Source of the DNA: Candidatus Neptunichlamydia sp. | GTDB taxonomy: Bacteria; Chlamydiota; Chlamydiia; Chlamydiales; Simkaniaceae | Assembly (NCBI GenBank): GCA_965233865.1 | Contig: OZ247587.1 | Location: 960,001-1,024,000 of the forward strand | Length of the DNA: 64,000 nt | Direction: 5' to 3' | In this document: positions 1 to 10,066 of the stretch, in pieces | Numbering within the stretch: the stretch's first letter is position 1 | How the letters are laid out: the number at the start of each line of letters is the position of its first letter | Position numbers and translations under genes: made by a program | Notes under the pieces: generated by a model | Told to the model about the DNA's origin: nothing | The model's input: the letters and a program-made list of their open reading frames with translations, nothing else | Databases searched by the model: none

Positions 1-770
1 GGAGATTTCACAAAGCGGAGGGAGGGGATAATTTCTTTCCAGTTCACTTCAGCAATATAAAATTGAAACTCTAAATCTTTGAAAGTAACAATTACCATTT
101 TTGGAAGCGCCTTTTCTGACGCGCTAAAATCAATCGAATACGTTTCTTTAAATTCATCAGCGAGAATCATCCATTTTGCCAAGTCAGACCAAAAAGAAAG
201 TTCATATTGAATCGCTTGAGTAGGGGTTCCTCTCTTCCAGAGAGCGAGTTCTTCCGCTGGAAGATTAGAGAATTTTAGGGATGTCTCCTCAGTTTCCACC
301 TCCCGATTAAAAACCATTTCATTAAGGGTTTTCTCTCCTTTTTTTGTTTTGATTTTTACAGAAAAAAGGATTTCTCCTTCCTCGGCTGTGGAAATATACT
401 CTTTCTCTCCTTTTTTCTTTAAAGAGTTTTGTAGTGCCCCATGTCTTTTAAAAGACATAAGGCAAAGCTTGTTCCAAAAAGAGTCCTCAAAGCGGATGTG
501 AAGAGGCTCTTCCTCATTAACTTTAAGAAACGCTGCTGCTAAATGAGGACATGATTGATGCTTTTCAGCCTCATTACAAGTGCAGAAGGCATCTTTAACC
601 TCCCCTTCATCACTGAGTTGGAGGAAAGGCCAATATTCTTCTCCACTTTTAGGGTCATGGACTTCGACCTGGTATGTTCCTCCAGAAAAAACAATGCTTT
701 TAACCTCTCCCCCCTCGATCAAGGCTTCCCCTTCTAAACGATGCTGAGCTTGAAAGAATCTCTTGGTCAC
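1..770 (-). CDS. SWIM zinc-finger protein, probably the N-terminus of a chlamydial SWIM-SNF2 helicase (partial, runs off the window)
   Basis: Not in the ORF track. Hand translation from GTG at 770 (GTGA overlap with the ald stop) gives MTKRFFQ...SIVFSGGTYQVEV...DAFCTC-x8-CPHLAAA, a SWIM CxC..CxH motif. Confidence 0.7.
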   Translation of the reverse strand, partial: MTKRFFQAQHRLEGEALIEGGEVKSIVFSGGTYQVEVHDPKSGEEYWPFLQLSDEGEVKDAFCTCNEAEKHQSCPHLAAAFLKVNEEEPLHIRFEDSFWNKLCLMSFKRHGALQNSLKKKGEKEYISTAEEGEILFSVKIKTKKGEKTLNEMVFNREVETEETSLKFSNLPAEELALWKRGTPTQAIQYELSFWSDLAKWMILADEFKETYSIDFSASEKALPKMVIVTFKDLEFQFYIAEVNWKEIIPSLRFVKS

Positions 771-1885
771 AGCGTGTTTAACACTTCTTCAGGTTCATAA
801 AAATCAAGATTTAAATCATGAGCCACATGCTCATTCGTCACTTTTCCTAAACAGACATTTACTCCAGGTAGAAAAAGAGGGTCGGCAAGAAGAGCCTTCT
901 TATAGCCCAGATCTGCCAGTCGAAGGGCATAAGGAAGTACACTATTCGTGAGTGCAATCGTCGCCGTACGAGCACAAGCCCCGGGCATATTCGCAACGCA
1001 ATAGTGAACAACCTCATCCTGAATATAAATAGGATCGGAGTGCGTCGTAGGACGAGAAGTTTCACAACACCCTCCTTGGTCAATTGCCACATCCACAACA
1101 ACAGCCCCATGCTTCATCTTCTTGATAAGCTCTCTTGTCACAAGTTTGGGAGTGATTTTTCCAGGTATAAGGATCGCCCCAATCACAAGATCGGCAGCTA
1201 TAATCTCTTCTTCCACAGTCGATGGAGTAGAGTAAAGCGTCTTGAGTTTCCCATCAAAAAAGTCATCGAGCTCGCGCAGACGATTTAGATTATTATCCAA
1301 AATGGTGACATCTGCTCCAAGGCCAACCGCCATCTTTGAGGCTTGGGTTCCTACACTGCCTCCACCAATAATCACCACTTTTCCAGGAGACACTCCAGGA
1401 ACTTCCCCAAGGAGAATCCCTCGTCCACCATTTGCCATATGAAGCGCATAAGCACCCGCTTGAATTGCGATTCTTCCCGCTACTTCACTCATTGGGGTTA
1501 ATAATGGAAGCCCCTCTTTATGATCGATAACCGTTTCAAAAGCGATGCCACCTATTTTTTGTTTTAAAAGCGCGGCTGTTTGCTCAAGATCAGGTGCTAA
1601 GTGGAAGTAACAAAAGAGGATCTGGTTTTCTCGAAGGAGAGGATACTCGGAGGGTTGAGGCTCCTTCACCTTAATCACCATTTCGGCCGAGTAGACCTCT
1701 TTAGGCTCTGAAACAATTGTTGCCCCTACCTTCTGATAATCTTCATCTTCAAAGCTAATTTTTGATCCAGCTCCTTTTTGAATAAAGACCTCATGCCCCC
1801 CTTTGATAAAAGCTCTGACCATCGCAGGAGTTGCTCCAACCCGATACTCATGATCTTTGACCTCTTTCAGAACTCCAATTTCCAT
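767..1885 (-). CDS. ald: alanine dehydrogenase
   Basis: IGVLKEVKDHEYRV, KVKEP, PLLTPMSEVAGR, GGGSVG NAD-binding loop, VAIDQGGC, YCVANMPG. Confidence 0.95.
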   Translation of the reverse strand: MEIGVLKEVKDHEYRVGATPAMVRAFIKGGHEVFIQKGAGSKISFEDEDYQKVGATIVSEPKEVYSAEMVIKVKEPQPSEYPLLRENQILFCYFHLAPDLEQTAALLKQKIGGIAFETVIDHKEGLPLLTPMSEVAGRIAIQAGAYALHMANGGRGILLGEVPGVSPGKVVIIGGGSVGTQASKMAVGLGADVTILDNNLNRLRELDDFFDGKLKTLYSTPSTVEEEIIAADLVIGAILIPGKITPKLVTRELIKKMKHGAVVVDVAIDQGGCCETSRPTTHSDPIYIQDEVVHYCVANMPGACARTATIALTNSVLPYALRLADLGYKKALLADPLFLPGVNVCLGKVTNEHVAHDLNLDFYEPEEVLNTL

Positions 1886-1887
1886 CG

Positions 1888-2637
1888 TTAAACGATCCCA
1901 TTGTAGACGTGACAGACACCACCCGACATAGTGATCTCTACAAGTTTTTCGTTTTCAGTTAGTATCTCGAATTGAAGTTTCTCTGTGCTACCAAAGATGA
2001 CTTCGATAGATCCAGAAATCCCAAAATGGCGCCATGCAGCCATACAAACAGCTGTTGCACCACTCCCACATGAAAAAGTTTCTTCCTCTACGCCCCGTTC
2101 AAAAGTGCGCATATGTAGAGTATTAAGGGGACCAAGCATAGCATAGTTGATATTCACTCCTAAATCAGAAAAACAATCTCGAGCCTCCAGGTCAAATCGA
2201 GCAAGATTATCAGTAAAGACAACAAGATGAGGAACACCTACTTCGAGAAGATACTCTGAGCCTTTTTCTTCTACGATCTTGGGAACTCCCATTTGGACAG
2301 AAATTTTTCCCTGATGAACTTTGCAAGAGTAGATTTTTTTCATCGTTTCAATCTGAAACTTTGGTTTTTTATCACCTAAATCTTGAATAAATTGAACCAA
2401 ACATCTCAGACCATTGCCACACATTTCTGCTTCCGACCCATCTGCATTGAAAATTTGCATTGCATAATCTCCCCGCTTAGAAGGGCGCAAAAAAATGAGT
2501 CCATCACCTCCAACACCATATTGCCTATGACAAACCTTCGAGATCATACTCGGATCGATCGAAATCCCCATCTTTCGGTTATCGATCAAGATAAAATCAT
2601 TCCCTGTCCCATGGTACTTGGAAAAAGAAAAGACCAT
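1888..2637 (-). CDS. dapF: diaminopimelate epimerase
   Basis: KYHGTGNDF, NADGSEAEMCGNGLRC, RTFERGVEEETFSCGSG. Confidence 0.93.
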   Translation of the reverse strand: MVFSFSKYHGTGNDFILIDNRKMGISIDPSMISKVCHRQYGVGGDGLIFLRPSKRGDYAMQIFNADGSEAEMCGNGLRCLVQFIQDLGDKKPKFQIETMKKIYSCKVHQGKISVQMGVPKIVEEKGSEYLLEVGVPHLVVFTDNLARFDLEARDCFSDLGVNINYAMLGPLNTLHMRTFERGVEEETFSCGSGATAVCMAAWRHFGISGSIEVIFGSTEKLQFEILTENEKLVEITMSGGVCHVYNGIV

Positions 2638-3263
2638 TACTCAAAACCGAGTTCCTGGAAAGACTCTACAATCCCATCCAAGAGCCCAAAATCCTTTGCT
2701 TCATCAGCACTCATCCAAGTGTCACGATCAATTGTTTTCTCAATCAATTCAGCGTCCTTTCCTGTTGCCTTTGCATAAACATCAACAATTTGCTTGCGCG
2801 TTTTGATAATTTCTTTTGCTTGGATCTCTAAGTCTGTCGCCTGCCCCTGAATCACCCCAGGAATGAGAGGTTGATGAATCATAATGCGCGCATTTTGGGT
2901 CGCGTACCGTTTCCCTGGAGCCGCAGCTAAACTAAGGACAGAGCCCATCGAAGCAGCAAGCCCCGTTACCACAGTTACGACTGGCGATGTAATCATATGT
3001 ATCTGATCCCAAATCGCAAACCCAGAGTCAACAGACCCTCCAGGAGAATTGATCACAAATAGGATAGGTTCTCTGGGAGCTATATGTTCTAAGTACCAAA
3101 GCTTGCGGATTACATCCTTTGCACTTTGGTCAGAAACCGAAGTAGAAAAAAAGATCCGCCGTTTTTTCAGAAGAACCTCTTCTATCTTTGCATCAAGTAG
3201 TTTAGGAAATTCTTTTTCATCTTCGTCATCTTCCAATCGAATGGGATTGAGTTGGGTCGTCAC
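2637..3263 (-). CDS. clpP: ATP-dependent Clp protease proteolytic subunit (chlamydial ClpP1)
   Basis: [27 protein letters not shown]; glyA-clpP1-dapF order. Confidence 0.93.
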   Translation of the reverse strand: MTTQLNPIRLEDDEDEKEFPKLLDAKIEEVLLKKRRIFFSTSVSDQSAKDVIRKLWYLEHIAPREPILFVINSPGGSVDSGFAIWDQIHMITSPVVTVVTGLAASMGSVLSLAAAPGKRYATQNARIMIHQPLIPGVIQGQATDLEIQAKEIIKTRKQIVDVYAKATGKDAELIEKTIDRDTWMSADEAKDFGLLDGIVESFQELGFE

Positions 3264-3465
3264 TTTTCTATCCTTTGTTATAATAGTTCATTTAAGGAAG
3301 TGTGCAAAAATAACTTAAACATTTCTGCAATCATAGCATCCTTATCTACTTTGTTATAAATTCTTGAAAATCAACAAGTTTCCTGAAAATTTATGGCGCA
3401 TAGCCGCAGCGCTATGACACTAGAAATATTCAACTTATTTTTCCACACTTCCTAAGTCTAAATTA

Positions 3466-4971
3466 CTATACTGTTAATTTTTGCACTTCATCTAACATAG
3501 AAAGCTCGGGATAAAGAGGAAATCCTTCTAGAAGAAGTGTGACTTCCTGCTTCACTTTCTCGAGGCAAGGTCCGTTAATGTTTACCTTTGCTTTGCTCGG
3601 TTTCCCAGTGCGTTCTACTACCCTTGCTTTTGTTGCTTTTAGCAGATCTACCATTAAATCAGCAATGAGTCTCATTTCTTCTTTCTTGAGACCGCGCGAT
3701 GTTAACGCCGCCGTCCCCAGACGAACTCCAGATGTGTACCACGCTCCATTGACATCATTGGGAATTGTATTCCGGTTCACAGTCATGTTTGCCTCAATCA
3801 TCGCCGTCTCAGCTTGTCGCCCTGTCAGTCCAAAGCTCTCCATGACATCAACAACAATTAAGTGATTATCGGTTCCTCTAGTGAATAGCTTTGCTCCTCG
3901 AGAAATTAATTGATCTGCCATTGCCTGGGAATTTAAAATCACTTGCTTCGCATACGTCTGAAATGCAGGCTTACTTGCCTCTCTAAAAGCGACTGCTTTT
4001 GCAGCCATGACATGAGGGAGTGGTCCCCCAAGCACAAGAGGGCATCCCTTATCAATCACTTCTCGAAACTCTTCCCTACAAAGAATCAATCCGCCGCGAG
4101 GGCCGCGAAGCGTCTTATGGGTTGTCGAGGTAATAATATCCGCGTAAGGAACAGGGTCAAACTCTCCAGTGAGGGCCTTTCCTGCAACAAGCCCCGCAAA
4201 GTGGGCCATGTCAACCATGAAAACAGCGCCACATTTATCTGCAATTTTCCGCATTTTTGCAAAGTTGATGAGCCTTGGATACGCAGAATATCCAGCGATT
4301 AAAATCGTTGGTTTTTCGCGCATCGCCTGCTCTTCAATAGCATTGTAATCCAAGAGCTCTGTCTTTGGGTCGACGCCGTAAGAGGTAGCTTGCATCATCT
4401 TTGATGAAACATTATGTTTAAATCCATGGGTTAAATGCCCCCCAGAATCAAGCGCAAGCCCCATCATTTTCTGCTGAAGCATGAGCATCCGTATTTTCTC
4501 ATATTCCTCAAGAGAAAGCTCATCAAGATTCTTTTTTCCAAGCCTTTCGATCTCTTTATTTTGAACGCGGTGAACAAGAATCGCCCAAAACGCAACTAAG
4601 TTGGCATCTGCTCCAGAATGAGGCTGCACATAAGCATGCTCTGCACCAAAAAGTTTTTTTAACTCTTCAACGGCTAAAGCCTCAATTTTATCGACATTTT
4701 CACATCCTGCATAGAAGCGATGGTACGGGTGCCCTTCACTATATTTATCGGTTAAAAGATTCCCCATCGTTAGCTGCGTTGCCAATGAAGAATAATTCTC
4801 CGAAGCAATCAACTTCAAATGTTTTCTTTGATCTTGGAGTTCTTTGACAATTCTGAAGGCAACTTCAGGATTGTCTTTCTGGATATGATCAAGAGCTGCC
4901 AGATAGGCAATGTTTGCAGAATTTCTCTCCGCCTCGGAAGTCTTCTCAAAATAACGGCTTAAATAGGACAT
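3466..4971 (-). CDS. glyA: serine hydroxymethyltransferase
   Basis: LIASENY, GGHLTHG, DMAHFAGLVA, TTHKTLRGPRGG; long chlamydial type. Confidence 0.97.
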   Translation of the reverse strand: MSYLSRYFEKTSEAERNSANIAYLAALDHIQKDNPEVAFRIVKELQDQRKHLKLIASENYSSLATQLTMGNLLTDKYSEGHPYHRFYAGCENVDKIEALAVEELKKLFGAEHAYVQPHSGADANLVAFWAILVHRVQNKEIERLGKKNLDELSLEEYEKIRMLMLQQKMMGLALDSGGHLTHGFKHNVSSKMMQATSYGVDPKTELLDYNAIEEQAMREKPTILIAGYSAYPRLINFAKMRKIADKCGAVFMVDMAHFAGLVAGKALTGEFDPVPYADIITSTTHKTLRGPRGGLILCREEFREVIDKGCPLVLGGPLPHVMAAKAVAFREASKPAFQTYAKQVILNSQAMADQLISRGAKLFTRGTDNHLIVVDVMESFGLTGRQAETAMIEANMTVNRNTIPNDVNGAWYTSGVRLGTAALTSRGLKKEEMRLIADLMVDLLKATKARVVERTGKPSKAKVNINGPCLEKVKQEVTLLLEGFPLYPELSMLDEVQKLTV

Positions 4972-5367
4972 ACGGGCATCTCTCTATCATGTTCAACCAC
5001 CCAATATGCCACATTCCCATTAAACCAGCAACAGCAGGAATAATTGTATACGTGCAACAAGCTCTGCATACATTCCTAGACAACTCCTAGCAACTTCAAG
5101 TTGTTTAAAAGGGCGGTTTTGATTCATGACCTTACTCTCATCAGAATATGTTAGTGTACGCTCCTAAGTTGCAATGTCGCATAGAGACAAGTTTAATTTT
5201 TCCTTCGCCTTAAGGGCAAAGGTTTTACCCCCCCTGGAGGAGGTAATAAAATTTGGTTTATCATTCAAACTTAGTCCTCTAAAAAGCTTCTGAAAGAACA
5301 CTATGAAACATCATTTTTTACAATTCTCCATAAGCCCTCTCTCTCAATGGGGGCTTGAGTTTTCGCT

Positions 5368-5396
5368 TGAGAATTTTTTGCGAAAAAGGTACGCTG
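5368..5396 (+). promoter_or_regulatory. putative sigma66/sigma70 promoter for cdsZ-rnpB
   Basis: TTGAGA-17 nt-TACGCT about 30 nt upstream of the ATG at 5428. Confidence 0.45.
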
Positions 5397-5427
5397 TTGT
5401 TCATAAGCAAACCGCAGAGAGAACTAG

Positions 5428-6195
5428 ATGCACGAAGCAATAAAGCCACTACTTGATATTCAAGAACTTGATATAAAGATGATTCGCTTAATGCGGGTGA
5501 AAAAGCAAAGGCAAGGGGAGCTGAAGCAGATTGAATCTCTCCGCATCGAGCTGAATGAACAATTGAAACTGAAAGAAGAAGAGATTGGCGATCTTGATAA
5601 GCAGTCCCTCGGCCTTGAGGAAAAAACCCAAGGACTTACAGAAAAATATAAAAAGCTCGAATCGCAGCAATCAAGCGTTAAAAAAGTCGAAGAATTCAAT
5701 GCCCTCACTCAAGAAATGACAACTGTCGAAAGAGAAAAAGCCGCTCTAGAAACTCAAACCTCCAACATTTTAGATAAAAAGGTCCTCAAGGAAGAGACCC
5801 TTGAAAAAATCAAAGAGAGCCTCTCCTCAACAAAAACCAATAGCCAAGAGCTAGGAAAAGAAATTAAAGAAAGCATCGACCAGATTAATGAAGAGGGCCA
5901 GCGCCTCAAAGTCGAGCGCGATGCAATCATCGGGAATGCTGAGCCCGAAACCCTTAAAATTTACGAACGCCTTCTTCGCAACAAAAAAGACCGTGTGATT
6001 GTTCCGATTGAAAATCGGACATGTAGCGGATGCCATATTGCCCTCACCCTCCAACACGAAAACCTCGTCCGCAAGGAAAAGGCTATCGTCTTCTGTGAGC
6101 ACTGCTCGCGGATCCATTTCTGGCAAGAAAGCGAAGCAGCCGAAGGAGCGGAAGCACCAACACGCCGCCGTCGTCGCCGCGCTGTAAAGGCATAA
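5428..6195 (+). CDS. cdsZ: coiled-coil / C4 zinc-ribbon protein (CT398/CdsZ family)
   Basis: Long coiled coil, CSGCH...CEHCSRI zinc ribbon, poly-Arg tail, adjacent to rnpB. Confidence 0.85.
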   Translation: MHEAIKPLLDIQELDIKMIRLMRVKKQRQGELKQIESLRIELNEQLKLKEEEIGDLDKQSLGLEEKTQGLTEKYKKLESQQSSVKKVEEFNALTQEMTTVEREKAALETQTSNILDKKVLKEETLEKIKESLSSTKTNSQELGKEIKESIDQINEEGQRLKVERDAIIGNAEPETLKIYERLLRNKKDRVIVPIENRTCSGCHIALTLQHENLVRKEKAIVFCEHCSRIHFWQESEAAEGAEAPTRRRRRRAVKA

Positions 6196-6228
6196 AGTTT
6201 CTGATCGCGATCAGAAACTAAGAAACTA

Positions 6229-6587
6229 CGGAGCGGGATGCAATCGCTGTTGTAGAAGCGCAGCTTCTATAAGAGAGGAAAGTCCGGACTTCAGAGAAAA
6301 AGGTGCCAGCGAAATGCTGGGGGCCGTAAGGCTACGGAAAGTGCAACAGAAAACAGGCCTCTGATCTGCAAGGATTAGATAGGATGAAAATGCTGGGTTA
6401 ATAACCTAGCCCCGAGGCAGAGATGTCCCGGAGAGGCAAACCCCACCTGAAGCAAGAAAAGAGTCTAAGCTGTTTTTCGCAAGGAGGCTCTTTAAATGTC
6501 GCTTGAGGGTCTTAGCAATAAGGTCCCTAGATGAATGATTGCAACCCACGGTTTGTGGGTGACAGAATCCGGCTTACTCCCCTTCCG
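6229..6587 (+). ncRNA. rnpB: RNase P RNA (class A)
   Basis: GAGGAAAGTCCGG, GGAAAGTGCAACAGAAA, GGCAAACCCCACCTGAAGCAAG, ACAGAATCCGGCTTA; 5' and 3' ends pair. Confidence 0.95.
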
Positions 6588-6595
6588 GGAATTTG

Positions 6596-6623
6596 AGCGT
6601 CAACCTTGGTTGGCGCTTTTTTT
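6596..6623 (+). terminator. rho-independent terminator after rnpB
   Basis: AGCGTCAACC-TT-GGTTGGCGCT followed by a T run. Confidence 0.75.
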
Positions 6624-6667
6624 CTGGAATAATTTATAAGCCGCTTATTTTGTAGCAAGTTAGTGAA

Positions 6668-7603
6668 CTATACTTTCTTAGCGCGTGGGTGGGAGCGCTC
6701 ATAGACCTCCCTCTTGAGTTTTGTGGAGACTCTGGTATAAATCATGGTTGTTCCCAGCGAGGCATGGCCCAAAAGGACTTGAATGGTTTTGAGATCCATC
6801 CCATTTTCGAGCCAGTGGGTAGCAATCGTATGACGAATAGTATGGGGGGTGATATGCCCTGCTAACCCACTTTTTTGGAGGTAGATCTTAAAAAGACGGT
6901 CTATTGATCGCGTCGTTAGACGTTTTCCCCATTTATTGAGGAAAATTGCATCTGAATCTTTCTGAAAGTGGGGCTTCCCCTCTTCATAGCGACGCGAATC
7001 ATCGAGATATTTTTGGATCCACTTAGCAACATTTTGGGTGATGGGTACAATCCGTTCTTTCTTACCTTTTCCTTTAACGCGAAGAGAACGAGAGTGAAAA
7101 TCAATATCTCTGCGATTAATACTCACAAGTTCGCTGATGCGAAGACCAGAGCTATAGAAAAGTTCCATAATTGAGCGGTCTCTTAGCCCAAAAAGTTTTT
7201 CGGTATTGGGCTGATCAAAAAGCTCTTGAACTTCCGCGTAAGAAAGAGCTCCTGGAATAAGCTTATCAAGTTTTGGACTGCCGACTTCAGCTGCAGGATT
7301 TTCCCTAATCTTTTTCTCTTTAAGGAGGTACTTAAACATTGAGCGAAGAGAAGAAAGGTGGCGCAAAACAGTCCGTTTTGAAATCCCTTTTATCTGCAAG
7401 TGAGCAAGGTAAGAACGAATCAATTTCTTATCAACCGTTTGACCTTTTGTAAAACCCTCAAAAGTTTTCAAATCTAAACGATAATTCCTTAGGGTATGCA
7501 CCGACGCATTTCTCACCGCTTCCAGATGATGAAGGAATTCATATATATATTTACTAAGTTCCATATCCCAATTATTGATGAATCTTTCTGGAAGATAAAG
7601 CAT
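6668..7603 (-). CDS. xerC: tyrosine recombinase XerC (true start may be the downstream MELSKY Met)
   Basis: GLRISEL, KGKGKKER, TPHTIRH, LGHASLGTTMIYT; the catalytic R-K-H-R-H-Y set is intact. Confidence 0.85.
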   Translation of the reverse strand: MLYLPERFINNWDMELSKYIYEFLHHLEAVRNASVHTLRNYRLDLKTFEGFTKGQTVDKKLIRSYLAHLQIKGISKRTVLRHLSSLRSMFKYLLKEKKIRENPAAEVGSPKLDKLIPGALSYAEVQELFDQPNTEKLFGLRDRSIMELFYSSGLRISELVSINRRDIDFHSRSLRVKGKGKKERIVPITQNVAKWIQKYLDDSRRYEEGKPHFQKDSDAIFLNKWGKRLTTRSIDRLFKIYLQKSGLAGHITPHTIRHTIATHWLENGMDLKTIQVLLGHASLGTTMIYTRVSTKLKREVYERSHPRAKKV

Positions 7604-7649
7604 TTTCTCTCTTGAGTCTTCTAAAGTTTTTTGCTATAGTGGTTCCATT

Positions 7650-9230
7650 ATGATCGTATTAGATAAAATTTCAAAAAAGATTGGGACACGGATCCTATTT
7701 GACGATGTTTGCGCAGCATTCAACCCAGGAAACCGCTACGGTTTGACGGGCCCAAATGGAGCTGGAAAATCAACTCTCCTAAAAATCATGATGGGAACTG
7801 TAGACTCCACATCAGGATCAGTTTCACTTCCTAAAAATATTGGGTTTTTAAAACAAAATATTGAAGAGTTCAAGGATAACCGCGCCATTGATGCTGTTAT
7901 CATTGGAAATGAACGACTCTGGGGAGCTTTATTTGAGAGGGACATGCTCTATGAAAAAGAGATGACCGATGAAATCGGGATGCGTTTAGGTGACATAGAA
8001 GAAGTGATTGCTAATGAAGACGGCTATAGCGCCGAATCGGATGCTGAAATGCTCCTTTGTGGAATGGGCATCGAAATTGAATTTCATGAGAAGAAGATGC
8101 ATGAGCTTCCGAGTAACTTGCAGTTCCGTGTTCTTCTTTGCCAGGCTTTATTTGGCGACCCTGAGGCCCTTCTCCTGGACGAACCTACCAACCACCTCGA
8201 TCTTGAATCAATTGGGTGGCTAGAAAACTTTCTTCATAACTACACTGGAACATTAATCGTTGTAAGTCACGACCGCCATTTTTTAAACGCTGTTACAACA
8301 CACATTGCTGATATCGATTACGACACAATTATTACTTACCCGGGTAATTATGATGAGATGCTTGTTGCCAAAACTGCAGTGCGTTCCCGTGCAGAGTCAG
8401 AAGCAAAATCAAAAGAGAAAAAGATTGAGCAGCTTAAAGACTTTGTATCTCGATTTGGAGCGGGAACACGCGCCTCACAAGTGCAGTCCCGTGTGAGACA
8501 AATTCATCGTCTACAACCTCAAGAACTGAAGAAATCAAATATCCAACGCCCTTATATTCGCTTTACCCCTCCCGAAAAGCTGTCAGGAAAAATCGCCCTT
8601 AAAGTTGAAGGAATTAGCAAAAGCTTCGGTGACAATCATGTGATCAAAGACTTTAGTATTGAAATCATGCGCGGCGACAAAATTGCCGTTATCGGAACCA
8701 ATGGAATCGGAAAAACAACTCTTCTGAAGCTGCTTGCTGGAGAGCTTGAGCCTGACAGTGGTGCAATCGAAAGAGGGCATCAGCTCGAACTTGGTTACTT
8801 CCCACAAAACCATGAAGACTTCATCGATAAAAGTGAGAAAATTCAAGCCTTTGACTGGCTCAAGCGCTATAAATCAAGCGCTTATGACCAGGAAATTCGT
8901 GGTGTCATGGGGAAAATGCTTTTTGGAGGAGATGACGCTTTTAAAGAAATCTCAAAACTTTCCGGAGGAGAAACCTGCCGCCTAATCTTTGCTGCACTAC
9001 TGCTCAACCCCTATAATACTCTTATTCTCGATGAACCAAATAACCATCTTGATCTTGAGGCAGTATCCGCTCTTGGGTGGGGACTTGCCGAACTCCAAGG
9101 AACTTGTGTTACTGCATCCCATGACCGTGACCTCATCAATGAAGCCGCCACTAAGATCATTTCTCTCAATGAGGATGGGATCGAGATCTTTGACGGAACA
9201 CTTGACGAGTTCCTTGCTGCAAAGACCTAG
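7650..9230 (+). CDS. ABC-F family ATPase (YbiT-like)
   Basis: Two ABC cassettes (GPNGAGKST, GTNGIGKTT, LDEPTNHLD, LSGGE) and no TM segments; upstream TTGAGT-17-TATAGT promoter. Confidence 0.9.
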   Translation: MIVLDKISKKIGTRILFDDVCAAFNPGNRYGLTGPNGAGKSTLLKIMMGTVDSTSGSVSLPKNIGFLKQNIEEFKDNRAIDAVIIGNERLWGALFERDMLYEKEMTDEIGMRLGDIEEVIANEDGYSAESDAEMLLCGMGIEIEFHEKKMHELPSNLQFRVLLCQALFGDPEALLLDEPTNHLDLESIGWLENFLHNYTGTLIVVSHDRHFLNAVTTHIADIDYDTIITYPGNYDEMLVAKTAVRSRAESEAKSKEKKIEQLKDFVSRFGAGTRASQVQSRVRQIHRLQPQELKKSNIQRPYIRFTPPEKLSGKIALKVEGISKSFGDNHVIKDFSIEIMRGDKIAVIGTNGIGKTTLLKLLAGELEPDSGAIERGHQLELGYFPQNHEDFIDKSEKIQAFDWLKRYKSSAYDQEIRGVMGKMLFGGDDAFKEISKLSGGETCRLIFAALLLNPYNTLILDEPNNHLDLEAVSALGWGLAELQGTCVTASHDRDLINEAATKIISLNEDGIEIFDGTLDEFLAAKT

Positions 9231-9231
9231 A

Positions 9232-9290
9232 TATAGCTAAAATAATTTGTTTTAGTTATAACCTTTTGAATGACATATTCACTAGATTTT
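9232..9290 (+). mobile_element. IS630-family left-end remnant (IR plus first codons MTYSLDF)
   Basis: TATAGCTAAAATAATTTGTTTTAGTTATA...ATGACATATTCACTAGATTTT is a diverged match to the left ends at 37097 and 47818. Confidence 0.75.
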
Positions 9291-9292
9291 TG

Positions 9293-10066
9293 CTTAGTAC
9301 AGGACAACCCGTTGATATGCAACAATCTCTTTTGCAAAAAAACGAGGTTGTAACATGCATATCAACGAGTTATCTAAGATCTTAAATCAGTACTTCAATT
9401 TTCACAAGACCCGCTCTGACTGTTTTGCTCAGCTTGTGATAGCCATAATTACTGTTAAAACTGCCAACTTTACACACTTTGCAACAGCATTTATAACGGA
9501 GTCTTTTCCTGAGTCATGCTACAAGCGCATCCAGAGGTTCTTTCGATTCCTCAAGTTTGATTCTTTGGCTGTGGCCTCTATGGTGATAACGCTTTTTGGT
9601 TTGAAAAACAAAAAGCTAAGCCTAGCCCTTGATCGTACAAACTGGAAGTTTTGAAAATTAGACATCAATATTCTTATGCTTACGGTATCTTATAAAGGGA
9701 TTGTCCTCCCGTTGATGTGGGATTGCCTCAAAAAGAGAGGCAACTCCAATACCTCAGAGCGGATTGATTTGATAAAACGTACCCTTCTCCTTATTGACCC
9801 TGAGAATATTGATTGCCTGCTGAGAGATAGGGAATTTGTAGGGGTAGAGTGGATTAAGTGGTTGGATGAGCAAAATATTCCCTTTCTTTTTCGAACTCGC
9901 AACAATAGCTTGCTCGAAGGGATGCTACCGGTAAACGTCTTTTTTAGGAGGCTGCCACCTCATAAAAAAGTCAAAAATGGAAAAACCATTCTATGGAGAA
10001 GGACCATTTACCTGAGTACAAGGTAGTCTTACAATAAAAATGAGCTTGTTACGGTTATCTCAAATG
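9293..10066 (+). pseudogene. IS4-family (ISAba1/IS10-group-like) transposase pseudogene
   Basis: End CTTAGTACAGGACAA; LALDRTNWKF*KLDINILML...KRGNSNTSERI...DREFVG with in-frame stops at 9652-9654 and 10024-10026; cut off by the next IS. Confidence 0.85.

Noticed and set aside
4972..5330. Long glyA upstream region as a riboswitch or small gene
   Set aside because: No aptamer consensus recognised; only short unsupported frames.
6668..7603. Tyrosine recombinase as a prophage or island integrase
   Set aside because: XerC-type size and motifs in housekeeping context; no att repeats or phage genes seen.
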